Origin: Promethearchaeota archaeon
Lineage (GTDB): Archaea; Asgardarchaeota; Lokiarchaeia; Sigyniarchaeales; SOKP01
DNA: 64,000 nt
Assembly: GCA_030599585.1 (NCBI GenBank)
Contig: JAUVNS010000003.1
Coordinates: 256,001 to 320,000, forward strand
Direction: 5' to 3'
Part shown: in pieces, positions 39,795-50,665 of the stretch
How positions within the stretch are numbered: the stretch's first letter is position 1
Layout of the letters: each line of letters begins with the position of its first letter
Program-made: the position numbers and the translations under genes
Notes under the pieces: model-generated
What the model was told of the DNA's origin: nothing
Seen by the model: the letters and a program-made list of their open reading frames with translations, nothing else
Database searches by the model: none

Positions 39795-40970
39795 CTAAAT
39801 TGGATGTCTTTCTTGGTAAATTTTAATTATATCAGTAACAATCTTTTCCCAAGAATAAATGTTTCGCGCTTTTTTAACATTATTTTCTTGAATTTGAATT
39901 TTATTACTATGAGGTAAATTCAAAGCTTTCAATAATTTTAGACTCAGCTCTTCGATATTTTTTGGTTCGAATAAATAACCATTTTCATTTTCTATTATCA
40001 CTTCTGGTATTCCTCCCGTTTTCGAGGCAACAATGATAAGGCCGATTGAAAGTGCTTCAACTATTGAAAGAGGTAAACCTTCATGTATAGACGGTAAGCA
40101 TAAAATATTTGCTGATGAATAAAAGTCAGGCATTTCCTCTATTGGAATCATATTTAGAAATATAACATGATTTTCAATCGATAGGGATTTTACTAATTTT
40201 TTTAAATAATCTTCTAATCGACCATTACCCAATATAAAAAAACGCACTTTTGGGAAATTATCAATCACATTAGGAACAGATCGAATTAAGTATTCGACCC
40301 CTTTTTGAAGATCTAGACGACCTACAAATATAACTTTTTTGTTCTCGTTCTCTTCCTTTAAAAACTTATTAAGATAAGAAGATTTCTTTTTTTTAAATTT
40401 ATCAATATCAACACCGTTAGGAACAGTGATTAAAGTTTGCAAGGGAACTCGATATCTTATCAACCTTCTTTTCAAGGACGTACTAACACACATAATTTTA
40501 CTAAGCTTAGAGTAAATAAAATATGTAACGATGGCATCAAAGATATTTTCTATCAAACCTGTTAACCCAAATTCTAACCTTCCTTGGATTGATATATACA
40601 TTTTTTTCTTAAAGATCAGAATATTAAGGAAAGCAGATATGAAAGATATTGGAAAAAATCTACCCTCAATATGAATTATTTGAATTTCATGTTTACGGAT
40701 AATTTTCTTTAATTTTACTATCGCTTTTAATGGAATTCCTAAACTTGCTGATTGAGGAAAACCCTTTAGCTCAACTAAATTATAAGATCTATAACGATAG
40801 ATATGAAAACCCTCTAACTTCTCATAGTTAATTTGAGTCCTAAAAACCTTACTCGTTACAACAGTAACTTCGTGTCCTTTTTCTGTTAGTTTTTTTGCGA
40901 TGTTATAGGTTGCAGTTTCAATACCTCCTTTATGTGGAGGGAAAAAATGAGAAATCAAAAGGATATTCAT
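39795..40970 (-). CDS. GT4 glycosyltransferase
   Basis: HFFPPHKGG, VPNGVD, FVGRLDLQKG, PSIHEGLPLSIVEAL. Confidence 0.92.
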   Translation of the reverse strand: MNILLISHFFPPHKGGIETATYNIAKKLTEKGHEVTVVTSKVFRTQINYEKLEGFHIYRYRSYNLVELKGFPQSASLGIPLKAIVKLKKIIRKHEIQIIHIEGRFFPISFISAFLNILIFKKKMYISIQGRLEFGLTGLIENIFDAIVTYFIYSKLSKIMCVSTSLKRRLIRYRVPLQTLITVPNGVDIDKFKKKKSSYLNKFLKEENENKKVIFVGRLDLQKGVEYLIRSVPNVIDNFPKVRFFILGNGRLEDYLKKLVKSLSIENHVIFLNMIPIEEMPDFYSSANILCLPSIHEGLPLSIVEALSIGLIIVASKTGGIPEVIIENENGYLFEPKNIEELSLKLLKALNLPHSNKIQIQENNVKKARNIYSWEKIVTDIIKIYQERHPI

Positions 40971-41081
40971 GGTAATTCAGTCGGTTTGATATTTCTATAA
41001 GTTAGATATTGATATAATTCATTATAATATAAAACATATTAATCTGTAATATGATTTAATTATAAGTAAGAAGAAATCTAC

Positions 41082-42215
41082 GTGTCAAAATTGGAAAATA
41101 AAATTCGAATTCTCTACATAATAACTGGTTTAACTCCGGGAGGTGCTGAGTTACACCTTTCTAAAATTATAAATAATCTAAGTTTAAATGAATTCGAGAC
41201 TGTCGTGTGTAGTCTTACACTGACTAATGACATCCTGCAGAATATAAAAGATACCGCGAGTTCAGTTTACCTTCTCGATGGAAGAAAAAAGAGTCACTTT
41301 ATTAAGATAATTCTAAAAGTGAGAAAGCTGATTAAAATAGTGAATCCGGATATAATACATTGTATAATGTTTCACTCTAATATAGTTGGGAGAATAGCAG
41401 CTTTCGGGTTGAAAAAAGTAATCATATCCTCAATTAGAACGAAACTTATACCCAACAAATTAGGTAATCTCTTCGATTTTATTAGCCAACCTTTAGTACA
41501 TTATTATTTTGTTAATTCTAATGCAGTGGGTAAATTTATATCTCGATATGGGATCAGAAAAACAAAAATTAATGTCATTGAAAATGGAATTAATTTTAAT
41601 GTTTTTTTCCCTACAAAAAGCAAGGAATCCATAAGAAGAGAATTAGGCCTTCCACACCATCCCATTTTGTCCACAGTAGCTAATTTTAAAGCGCAAAAAG
41701 ATTATCCAACAATAATTAAAGCTATAAATTTACTAAAAAATGAAACAGAGTTTACATACTTAATCATTGGAAAAGGGTTAAGATTTGAAGATCAAGGACA
41801 TAGAATCAAGCAATTAGTAAAACATTATAATCTTAATAATGTTATATTTTTAGGATATAGAGATGACATCGCTAATTTACTGTCAATAACTGATATATGG
41901 GTTAGCTCATCAATATATGAGGGCCAATCTAACAGTCTTTTAGAAGCAATGGCTATGAAATTACCTATCATTACTACTGATATCGAAGAGAATAGGGAAA
42001 TTGTACGCCATAATAAAGAAGCAATATTAGTGCCAATCAGTTCACCTCATTTGCTTGCACAATCCATCAACTTATTATTAGAAGATAACCAACTTGCTAA
42101 ATCTATAGCCGAAAATGCTTATTTACGAGTTAAAAAGAAATATAACCAGAAAGATAAAATAACTAAATTAAAGAACGCCTATTACCACATTTATAGTCAA
42201 ATAAAACCATCGTAA
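41082..42215 (+). CDS. GT4 glycosyltransferase
   Basis: ITGLTPGGAE, IENGI, SSIYEGQSNSLLEAMAMKLP. Confidence 0.92.
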   Translation: MSKLENKIRILYIITGLTPGGAELHLSKIINNLSLNEFETVVCSLTLTNDILQNIKDTASSVYLLDGRKKSHFIKIILKVRKLIKIVNPDIIHCIMFHSNIVGRIAAFGLKKVIISSIRTKLIPNKLGNLFDFISQPLVHYYFVNSNAVGKFISRYGIRKTKINVIENGINFNVFFPTKSKESIRRELGLPHHPILSTVANFKAQKDYPTIIKAINLLKNETEFTYLIIGKGLRFEDQGHRIKQLVKHYNLNNVIFLGYRDDIANLLSITDIWVSSSIYEGQSNSLLEAMAMKLPIITTDIEENREIVRHNKEAILVPISSPHLLAQSINLLLEDNQLAKSIAENAYLRVKKKYNQKDKITKLKNAYYHIYSQIKPS

Positions 42216-42235
42216 TTTTAAGAGGATCTAAGGTC

Positions 42236-43360
42236 TTGAAAGTATGTATAATCTCCCATTTTGGATATCCCCTCTATAATGAGGATTTGTCTTCACAATT
42301 TGGTGGAGGATCTGAAGTTCAATTATACCTACTTTCAAAAGAATTTAGAAAAAATGTGAATGTCGAAGTTAATGTCATCACAGGTGATTACGGTGGTATC
42401 AATGATCAAATTGAAATAATTGATAAAATAAAACTATATAAGATACTACCACTGAAAAGAAACTTCTTTAATTATTTTAAATTTCTATTCAAATTTTCCT
42501 TCTATTTAATTAAAATTAATCCAGATATAATAATTCAAAGAGCTATTAGTCCATTAACTGGATTGGCAGCTGTTTATTGCATTTTATTTGGAAAGAAATT
42601 CATCTACTCAATAGCAAACAAACCAGATGTGGATTCAAGTAAAAAAGGTTTGATTCATAAAATATTTAGATTTGGGCTTAAACATACAGATTATATCATC
42701 GCTCAAAATTATGAGCAAATGGATCTATTAAAGAAAATAAAAATAAGAAATCCTTCTCACGCTTTAGTTCTAAAAAGTGGCTCCACTATAAGAAAAAACG
42801 AGCTAGACATTACTAACAAATCAGATATCTTATGGGTTGGAAGAGCAGTAAATTGGAAAAGACCAGAATTATTTTTAAAACTTGCGTTAATCTTTAAAAA
42901 TCATAACTTCAAGATGATTTGTACAAAATATGTGAACCAACAATATTGGGAAAATCTCAAGAACTTAACTGAAAGCATTCCTAATTTGAAATTTATAGAA
43001 TTTGTAAAATTTTCTGAAATAGAGGACTACTTTAAGAAAGCAAAAGTGTATATCAATACATCAATTTATGAAGGCTTTCCGAATACATTCCTTCAAGCTT
43101 TTAATTATGAAACTCCAGTAATAAGCCTTAATGTTAATCCTAATAATATTTTTGATGAAAATAATCTTGGATATTACTGCAATGATAATTTCGATTTGTT
43201 AAAAGAAAAATTATCTGAGTTGATGCAAAATTCAGCACTTCAAGAAATGATTGGAAGGAACGCTTATTCATATGTTAGTAAGTTTCATGATATTGAAATA
43301 ATTGGAAAACGTTGGATAAAGGTAATTAATTTTATTTTGGAGAAAACAAAGAAAAACTAA
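42236..43360 (+). CDS. GT4 glycosyltransferase
   Basis: GGGSE, LWVGR, TSIYEGFPNTFLQA. Confidence 0.9.
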   Translation: MKVCIISHFGYPLYNEDLSSQFGGGSEVQLYLLSKEFRKNVNVEVNVITGDYGGINDQIEIIDKIKLYKILPLKRNFFNYFKFLFKFSFYLIKINPDIIIQRAISPLTGLAAVYCILFGKKFIYSIANKPDVDSSKKGLIHKIFRFGLKHTDYIIAQNYEQMDLLKKIKIRNPSHALVLKSGSTIRKNELDITNKSDILWVGRAVNWKRPELFLKLALIFKNHNFKMICTKYVNQQYWENLKNLTESIPNLKFIEFVKFSEIEDYFKKAKVYINTSIYEGFPNTFLQAFNYETPVISLNVNPNNIFDENNLGYYCNDNFDLLKEKLSELMQNSALQEMIGRNAYSYVSKFHDIEIIGKRWIKVINFILEKTKKN

Positions 43361-43456
43361 TTAAAACATTATTAGAGAAAGAAAATGTGTAGTTTTTCTG
43401 GATTGGATGTTTTTATTATTCAAAACAATGCCAAGCTCTTCAGTAACCTATACAAG

Positions 43457-44251
43457 TTAACTTAAAAATTTTGAGAATTTTTCCATTAAATGAGATAATG
43501 TTAGTATTTCAATTATTCTAATTAAAATTGATAAGATACTTTTTAGTTGGTATTGAGAATGTTTTAAATACCTAAATTTAGTTCTTATTGAATTCACTCT
43601 CTGAATGATAAATTTAGGAATATTTTTATTCAAAAATCTCTCTATTGGCATATTTCTAATTATCAACCTGTCTTTTAAGTTAGCTCCTTTTAAGCCATAT
43701 TTATATATCAAACGACACCATAATTCATAATCTTGCCCATAACGATAAGTTTCATCATATTTGCCATATTTTTCAAAAATTTTCTTTCTGATTCCTATAC
43801 CCGAATGATTAAAACAATTTCTAATAAGTAAATTCTCTCTTATATCATTGAACTCAAAAAAATTGAGTAATTCTTTCTTATTTTGAATAGTGAAGCCATT
43901 AACTCCACAGAAAGCGTATTCGGGATTATTATTAAAAAAAAAAAGAAGTTTTTCTAAATGATTTGGTAAAAAAAAATCATCCCCGTCTTGACGGACTATA
44001 AACTCCCCTTGAGCTATACCAATTCCTTTATTTAATGATTTTGTTAATCCAATATTTTTTTTATTTTTAATTACTTTTATTCTATTATCTTTTAAAGCGT
44101 AGCTGTTCATGACTTCAAGTGAAGTATCTTTACTAGCATCATCAATAATTATAAATTCATAATTCGTATAGGTTTGATTTAAAACGCTTTTAATTGATTT
44201 ACTTAAAAATTTTTTTCCATTATATATTGACATAATTATTGAAAATTTCAA
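43457..44251 (-). CDS. GT2 (GT-A) glycosyltransferase, soluble chain-extending type
   Basis: SIIMSIYN, IIDDASKD, GLTKSLN, RQDGDD, QDYELW. Confidence 0.92.
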   Translation of the reverse strand: MKFSIIMSIYNGKKFLSKSIKSVLNQTYTNYEFIIIDDASKDTSLEVMNSYALKDNRIKVIKNKKNIGLTKSLNKGIGIAQGEFIVRQDGDDFFLPNHLEKLLFFFNNNPEYAFCGVNGFTIQNKKELLNFFEFNDIRENLLIRNCFNHSGIGIRKKIFEKYGKYDETYRYGQDYELWCRLIYKYGLKGANLKDRLIIRNMPIERFLNKNIPKFIIQRVNSIRTKFRYLKHSQYQLKSILSILIRIIEILTLSHLMEKFSKFLS

Positions 44252-44294
44252 CTAGATTACCCCAATTTATAATAATTAACATTATTCATTATTC

Positions 44295-45461
44295 TTATCT
44301 TCCCAAAATTTTTCTGTAGAAAAGATATTCTTGTTGAGCAATAGATTTTAGTGAACAATTTTCTACTATATAATTTCTAGCGTTTTTACCAAGTTTACTT
44401 CTCAAATTTTCATCTGCGCCAAGTTTTTCAATCGCTTTTCTAATTTCAATATGTGAAGTCCCACATAAATAACCATTTTCTTTATGCTTGATAATACTGT
44501 TTATCCCTTGAATATTCGACCCTATACATGCAATACCACAGCTCATTGCCTCTAACAAAGCCTTAGGATTTCCCTCGTAATAAGAAGGTAAAATAAACAT
44601 TTCATATTGATTTAAGATTTCGGGAATTTTATTATTTGGAATTGTACCTAGAAAATTTACATTTAAATCTAATTCTTTTACCATATACATAAGCCTTTTT
44701 GTACAAGGGCCATTTCCAATAATATCTAAACAAAATCCTTTTAAATCCTTAAAAGCTCTACATAAGTTTTCCAAATTCTTTACTTTTTTAATGTTTCCTA
44801 TAAAAATAATGTGCTTTTCTTTCTTCCGTACACTTAACGGTTTGAAAATATCAGTGTCGACAAAATTAATAATAAATTTAATTTTTCCATTTTTATATTT
44901 CTTTTTCAATTTAAAACATTTCACTATAAAAGAGATATCTTCTATATTTGTTAGAATAATTCCATCAGCTAACCTAAAAGCAAAGAGTTCAGTAAGAAAA
45001 ATCCAGATATAATTTATTAAATATTTAAGATAACTCTTGATTCCATTTTTCGTTGCAGAGTCTTTATATCTACTTAACCAATCATAACCTCCTCTTATAA
45101 TAATCTTTTTTCTAAATAGGATTTTTGTAATGCATGCAATCCAACTCCCTCTAATCTGATTTGTTTTAATAACATCAACATCATTTAACAATTTCTTTAA
45201 TCTAATTGGCAATAAGAGAGATTTAATAAAATGGAATTTAGGAATTTGTGATGTAATTTTATCAAAAACGGGAATAATTTCTATTTTTTCTAAGAGTTCT
45301 GAATACTTAAAATCGTTATCTGTCCCGAATGTTAAAAAATAAAATTTATTCTTATTGTTTTCAATTAATTTTTTATATAATGAAATTTCACGCGTTATTA
45401 TTCCTCTATCATTCCAATCATTTAAAGAAACGCCATAAGTAAAAGTTAATAAAACTCTCAT
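44295..45461 (-). CDS. GT4 glycosyltransferase
   Basis: NFVDTDIF, PSYYEGNPKALLEAMSCG. Confidence 0.92.
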   Translation of the reverse strand: MRVLLTFTYGVSLNDWNDRGIITREISLYKKLIENNKNKFYFLTFGTDNDFKYSELLEKIEIIPVFDKITSQIPKFHFIKSLLLPIRLKKLLNDVDVIKTNQIRGSWIACITKILFRKKIIIRGGYDWLSRYKDSATKNGIKSYLKYLINYIWIFLTELFAFRLADGIILTNIEDISFIVKCFKLKKKYKNGKIKFIINFVDTDIFKPLSVRKKEKHIIFIGNIKKVKNLENLCRAFKDLKGFCLDIIGNGPCTKRLMYMVKELDLNVNFLGTIPNNKIPEILNQYEMFILPSYYEGNPKALLEAMSCGIACIGSNIQGINSIIKHKENGYLCGTSHIEIRKAIEKLGADENLRSKLGKNARNYIVENCSLKSIAQQEYLFYRKILGR

Positions 45462-45682
45462 TTTATTTAATTAAAAAATATCTTCTGTTATCAAGTTTAA
45501 CTAAATTGTGTTGATCTGTATTAATTTTTCATAATATTATTTTTATGAATAATAATAAGACTTTTTTTAATATTCCAAATTTTATTATTTTCATCCATAA
45601 GTTAAATATTTAAGCTTAATAAAAGAATCATAATTACGATAATTAGACTTCAAATATCAATTAAGAAATAACAAGAATTAAA

Positions 45683-47560
45683 ATGCGTAATAAACACACA
45701 CATATCATTTTATTTACTCTCATCTATAGCATGCTAATTGGAGGATATATGCTTACCCTCATTTCACCCCGGTTCTTAGGTGCTGATATTACCCCTATTG
45801 AAGATATATTTTATCAAAATTCAAAGATGCCTAAAACATCGGCATTTAATGAATCCATCTTTATTGATGGCAATAACACATTTACTGCTAAGGCAATTAG
45901 TGAGGGGTGGAGTGGAGATGGAAGTCTCGCCGATCCTTATATTATTGAAAACTATACTATTCAAGCTATATCCGAGCACGGAATAGAAATTCGAAATACT
46001 AATCTCCATTTCATCATTAGAAATGTATCCATAACAAATGGCCGTTCAAACTATTATCATGGATTTTATCTCTACAATGTAACTAATGGAGTATTAAAAA
46101 ATAATACCGCAGATAATAACCTCGCTGGTTTTCTCCTAGTAAATTCAAATAATAACACCTTTAGTGATAATGTGGCAATTAACAATCTACAAGGCTTCCG
46201 ATTCTGGTATTCTAATAATAATTCAATTACCAACAGTACAGCAAATAGTAATTTAGAATATGGAATTTATTTAGATAACAGTAACAACAACAGCATTACG
46301 CAAAATACATTATTTTTTAATGAATTAGGAAGTATTTTTGAAGTAGATTGCGTAGGAAATGAAATATCAGACAATGTATACAGTCCTGAAACTTTTTTCT
46401 TAGAATCTGACTCTGGTGGATTCGACGCTGATGGAACGTTCACTTTATCCTGGACTGTTTCGCAAAATGCCGATAATTATACACTATATCAAAATACTGG
46501 GATTTTAGTTGAAAATTTAACCGTAACGGAATATAACATGATAGATTTATCTCTTGGAACTTATGAATTTTATGTGAAGGCATTTAATATATACGGAGAA
46601 GTAGATTCAAACATTATTACTGTGATAGTTAAATTCCATATTAATATTGATGGAAACTTGGATTTTCATCAAACCGCTATCGAGAATAATTTTACAGGGG
46701 ACGGTAGTTTAAACAATCCTTATATTATTGAAAACTATGAAATTTCTGCGACAATAGAGCATGGAGTTCATATTTTGAATACGGATCTTCATTTTATTAT
46801 CAAGGATGTAACTGTTAACGATGGTAAATTAAATAAATACTATGGATTTTATTTAGAGAACGTAACGCATGGAAGATTAGAAGATAATACAGCCTACAAT
46901 AACTTATACGGATTTTACCTCAAGAATTCCTTTAATAATACATTACTCGCAAATACCGCGATTGGAAATACCAATGGTTTAACATTAAATTGTTCCTACC
47001 TTAATTTTTTGACGGCAAATATTATAACAGATAACAGACATGGATTCTCTCTTGAATCATCAGAGAATAATACCATACTAGGCAACGAGGTGAGTGATAA
47101 TACTTACCTTGGATTTTACTTAAGTTCTTCATATAACAATACTCTAACAGATAATCTAGCCACGGGAAATCTCAACGGATTCACTCTCAGCTATTCCGAT
47201 CTTAACACATTTACAAATAACACTGCCAACAATAACGATCAGCATGGATTTAGACTTTTATATTCTCACTATAATAATTTAGTAGAAAATTCCGCTAGAT
47301 ATAATCAAAAATACGGGATATATCTCGAAGATAGTACTTTTAACAGTATTACCGGAAATAGCTTAGAGGATAATGGAATTGGCGCTATTTATGAAAAATT
47401 TACAGATGATACAGACTATCCTGATGTTTTTTTAATCGCAGCTATTATTTTTATAATAGTTTTATTGTCAATAATCCTAATTAAGTTAATTTTTTTTATT
47501 AAAAGGAAAAACATCAAATTTTTTATCCCTAAATTATCCCTAAAGAAGAGAAAGGAATGA
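45683..47560 (+). CDS. Membrane-anchored cell-surface protein: two NosD/CASH-type parallel beta-helix domains flanking an FN3-like domain
   Basis: N-terminal hydrophobic signal; duplicated IDGN...GDGSLxxPYIIENY module; GFYLxxSxNNT repeats; FTLSW...YEFYVKAFN FN3-like segment; C-terminal TM helix plus basic tail; about 19 NxS/T sequons. Confidence 0.85.
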   Translation: MRNKHTHIILFTLIYSMLIGGYMLTLISPRFLGADITPIEDIFYQNSKMPKTSAFNESIFIDGNNTFTAKAISEGWSGDGSLADPYIIENYTIQAISEHGIEIRNTNLHFIIRNVSITNGRSNYYHGFYLYNVTNGVLKNNTADNNLAGFLLVNSNNNTFSDNVAINNLQGFRFWYSNNNSITNSTANSNLEYGIYLDNSNNNSITQNTLFFNELGSIFEVDCVGNEISDNVYSPETFFLESDSGGFDADGTFTLSWTVSQNADNYTLYQNTGILVENLTVTEYNMIDLSLGTYEFYVKAFNIYGEVDSNIITVIVKFHINIDGNLDFHQTAIENNFTGDGSLNNPYIIENYEISATIEHGVHILNTDLHFIIKDVTVNDGKLNKYYGFYLENVTHGRLEDNTAYNNLYGFYLKNSFNNTLLANTAIGNTNGLTLNCSYLNFLTANIITDNRHGFSLESSENNTILGNEVSDNTYLGFYLSSSYNNTLTDNLATGNLNGFTLSYSDLNTFTNNTANNNDQHGFRLLYSHYNNLVENSARYNQKYGIYLEDSTFNSITGNSLEDNGIGAIYEKFTDDTDYPDVFLIAAIIFIIVLLSIILIKLIFFIKRKNIKFFIPKLSLKKRKE

Positions 47561-47564
47561 GGAT

Positions 47565-49496
47565 ATGAGCTATAGATTTAAAAATATCACTATAAAAAAA
47601 ATCAGCCTTTATTATTACATTCTCATTTTAGCTGCTATTATTATCCTATTAGCAAATTATCCCCGTTTATATGGAGTTGACGCATTTCAGGTAATATGGA
47701 TGGCAAAAGCTCTTCAGGATGGAGCTCTAATTTCTGATAAAACTTGGTTAATCTCTCCATTTTCTTATTTTGGGTATTATCCCTTTTCATTTCGAGCGAT
47801 AGGCGTCCCGATGATTCTTGCCTTTCTAATGAGCTTTCTAGATTTTCTTTCCTTAGGCTCATTTGGGTTAACTGAAGCGGTACTAGTTTTCAATATAATC
47901 CTCATCATTGTCATTTATAAGACTTCTCGAAATCTTGGTGATAGACTTTTTGAAGAGGAGTGGAGCCGATTTGTTTTTGTTGCTGCTATGTTATTCTCCG
48001 TAAACGCTATTCAAGATTTTGCTATGACCGTGAGTACAAGAATTATTATAACGATTACTATGATTGTGTTCTTAAATATTAGTATAAAAATGTTAGAAAA
48101 GGGTGCGAAAATACGATTTAAAACTATTATCGTCGTGATTTTAGTCTTTTTGATTGGTGCCTTAGCTCATAGGCTTTGGATGAATTCCTTAATAACGATA
48201 ATATTTCTGATATTTACATTGTTTATCCGCAAATATAAAAAATTATATCAAATCTCTGTGTTTTTAATTATTCCAATAAGCATTTTCGCATTTTTCTTTG
48301 GATTTGAATTTTTTGGATTAAATCGGTATGGATTCAGTGCGGATGCTAATTTTCTTGATACAAGTATTTTTTTAAGTCTATACTATGTGTATGCAATTGG
48401 AATAATCGCCATCTTCTTCCCGGTTGGAGTAATAATAGCATTATATAAACTAACTTTTTCATTTAATGATTTTCATTCATTTTTTAAGAAAAAGAAGAAA
48501 GAGCATCCACAACTTATTACAAATAATCCCAAATTTCGTGACAGCTTTTATTATCTACTTCTTTTTCTAATACCCTTTTTATTTTTCATTTTTACAACCT
48601 TCTATGCAATAGTCGTTTTTTTACCGATAATAGTTATTTTTTCAGTTAAAGGTTTAGCTTATATAAAAAATTTTCTTTCAAACCATACAATCTTTTCTAT
48701 GAAATTAGATTGGCTATTTCCGGTAATCCCCGTATTTATTTTGACTGGTTATTACCTGCTAAGATTGGATTATTATTCAAGAATTGCTTTAGTGGATATT
48801 ATACTTTTATCCCTTGTCTCGTTAGCCTTATTTTTATTTGTATTTCTTATTAATAAACATAATAGCTTTCCTCTTTCATTTTCATCGCTTGATTCCAAGA
48901 AACTGAAAAATTTCCTTTGGATGGTTATATTAACTCTTTCAATTTTAACCTCATCTATTATAAATGTAGAGATTAGTAGATATGATAGTCTCAACAGCCC
49001 CTATCCATGGGACAATAGATATTTAACCAATGAAGAAATCCGAATTATTGAATACTTTAAAGGAGAAAATACAAATGGCTTAATTTTCGTTGCAGACCGT
49101 CATATTGCTGATAGAATTGGAGCTGTGGGATTCTTACCTGCTTTTAGCATACCCATATTAATTGGAACACCCTTGTTTTATGGTATAATCAGCCCCAATT
49201 ATGTTTATGAACACACTAAATTTTCAATTTGGGATTTTTTTAGTTTTACATTTTTCAATTTTACTCAAATAGATCCTATAAAAGAATTAAGGAGTTATAT
49301 TAACAATTTAGACGTAAGAAATGAAAATGACTACAACACCTTACTTTCATACAATATCCAATATATTATAACTATTAACGAAACTTATCAATCAGGGGGA
49401 GTAAATAATTGGTTGCTAGTCCGATCTCTACAACAATCCGAATCATTTGAACCTGTTTTTATTACTCATCATCTTTTGATTTGGCAAATATATTAA
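47565..49496 (+). CDS. Polytopic membrane protein, putative GT-C-fold glycosyltransferase
   Basis: YGVDAF after TM1, WLISPFSYFGYYPFS external loop, many TM helices, C-terminal soluble domain (YPWDNRYLTNEE). Confidence 0.65.
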   Translation: MSYRFKNITIKKISLYYYILILAAIIILLANYPRLYGVDAFQVIWMAKALQDGALISDKTWLISPFSYFGYYPFSFRAIGVPMILAFLMSFLDFLSLGSFGLTEAVLVFNIILIIVIYKTSRNLGDRLFEEEWSRFVFVAAMLFSVNAIQDFAMTVSTRIIITITMIVFLNISIKMLEKGAKIRFKTIIVVILVFLIGALAHRLWMNSLITIIFLIFTLFIRKYKKLYQISVFLIIPISIFAFFFGFEFFGLNRYGFSADANFLDTSIFLSLYYVYAIGIIAIFFPVGVIIALYKLTFSFNDFHSFFKKKKKEHPQLITNNPKFRDSFYYLLLFLIPFLFFIFTTFYAIVVFLPIIVIFSVKGLAYIKNFLSNHTIFSMKLDWLFPVIPVFILTGYYLLRLDYYSRIALVDIILLSLVSLALFLFVFLINKHNSFPLSFSSLDSKKLKNFLWMVILTLSILTSSIINVEISRYDSLNSPYPWDNRYLTNEEIRIIEYFKGENTNGLIFVADRHIADRIGAVGFLPAFSIPILIGTPLFYGIISPNYVYEHTKFSIWDFFSFTFFNFTQIDPIKELRSYINNLDVRNENDYNTLLSYNIQYIITINETYQSGGVNNWLLVRSLQQSESFEPVFITHHLLIWQIY

Positions 49497-49710
49497 ATAT
49501 CTAAATTTAAACAGAATAAGTGGTTTCTTTTTCACATTGTAAAACATATGACTTGAAACATGAATTTATGTAGAACTAAATAAAAACTCAATAATAACAC
49601 AAGGGTTTCAAAAACAATTTGGTGTAAATCTCCAACGCATTTTCTGTAGGGATAATTTTAAGTTAACTTTTATAAAGAAAAGATACATAATACTATTATC
49701 CATAGATAAA

Positions 49711-49727
49711 AGTTGAACAGTTCAACT
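49711..49727. promoter_or_regulatory. Perfect palindrome AGTTGAAC-A-GTTCAACT, possible transcription-factor operator
   Basis: 8-1-8 inverted repeat with a degenerate second copy 30 bp downstream, upstream of GT2 49868. Confidence 0.35.
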
Positions 49728-49867
49728 ATCCGAAGATAAAACTTTAAAAGTTCGACAAGCATATATATAATTCACATCATTAGTTTTATAAATTAGTTAT
49801 TTTATCATAACTATTAGGTATAGAAGGGCAAGTTGGATTATACCAAAAAATAAAAATCAAGAGAACA

Positions 49868-50665
49868 ATGGAAATGGAAACAAAGAGAATTAAACAAACC
49901 ACACAAAATTTTATCCTAAAAGATCGAGTTAAACTAGACGACTTTGAACAAGAAAAGAGTATAAACAAATTTAGCACCCAAACATCAAATAATAAAGTCG
50001 TTATAACTATACCCGCTTATAATGAGGAAGAGAGTATTGGTGCGGTTATCAATGAAATTAAAACTGTGATGGAAAAAACTAATTTCCTTTATCAGATAAT
50101 GATTCTCGATGATGGAAGTGTAGATAGGACAAAAAAAATTACGGAGGAGAATAGAGTACTTTTCTTTTCAAATGGATGTAATATGGGTCTTGCACATACT
50201 TTTAAAAAGGAGATGGAAATTTGTTGCGATTTAGGGGCAGATATCATCGTGCATATTGATGCTGATGGACAATATCCTCCAAAATACATTCCAGAGATGA
50301 TTGAAAGTGTTATTGATGGACACGATTTAGTATTAGGTTCACGATTTGGAAAGGGGTCTTACAATGGATCAATTAGTAAAAAACTTGGAAATATGTTTTT
50401 CGCAAGAGTACTTTGCTTGCTATTGGGAAAAAATATTCATGATACTACTACCGGATTTCGAGCTTTCACTAAAGAGATTGCTCAATTGCCCATTGAAAGT
50501 AAATTTACCTATACGCAAGAACAATTAATTCACGCAATAAGGAGTAAGAAGTTAATTAAAGAAATCCCCATAATCGCTAGAAAGACTAGGAAAAGCAGGT
50601 TATTTGGTAATATATTTGAATATTTTTACAGAGCAACAATTACTATCTTGAAAATATTTATTTAA
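49868..50665 (+). CDS. GT2 glycosyltransferase, DPM1-like
   Basis: IPAYNEE, LDDGSVD, HIDADGQY, LGSRF, DTTTGFRAF. Confidence 0.9.
   Translation: MEMETKRIKQTTQNFILKDRVKLDDFEQEKSINKFSTQTSNNKVVITIPAYNEEESIGAVINEIKTVMEKTNFLYQIMILDDGSVDRTKKITEENRVLFFSNGCNMGLAHTFKKEMEICCDLGADIIVHIDADGQYPPKYIPEMIESVIDGHDLVLGSRFGKGSYNGSISKKLGNMFFARVLCLLLGKNIHDTTTGFRAFTKEIAQLPIESKFTYTQEQLIHAIRSKKLIKEIPIIARKTRKSRLFGNIFEYFYRATITILKIFI

Noticed and set aside
43385-43465. Mini-ORF MCSFSGLDV..., resembling the MCGxxG N-terminus of AsnB
   Set aside because: Only about 6 residues of resemblance; cannot be distinguished from chance
49600-49662. Minus-strand peptide IIPTENALEIYTKLFLKP similar to IIPAENANDAYKKLEMNP in the bi-domain oxidoreductase
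   Set aside because: Short match with no flanking similarity; borderline chance in AT-rich DNA and needs tblastn
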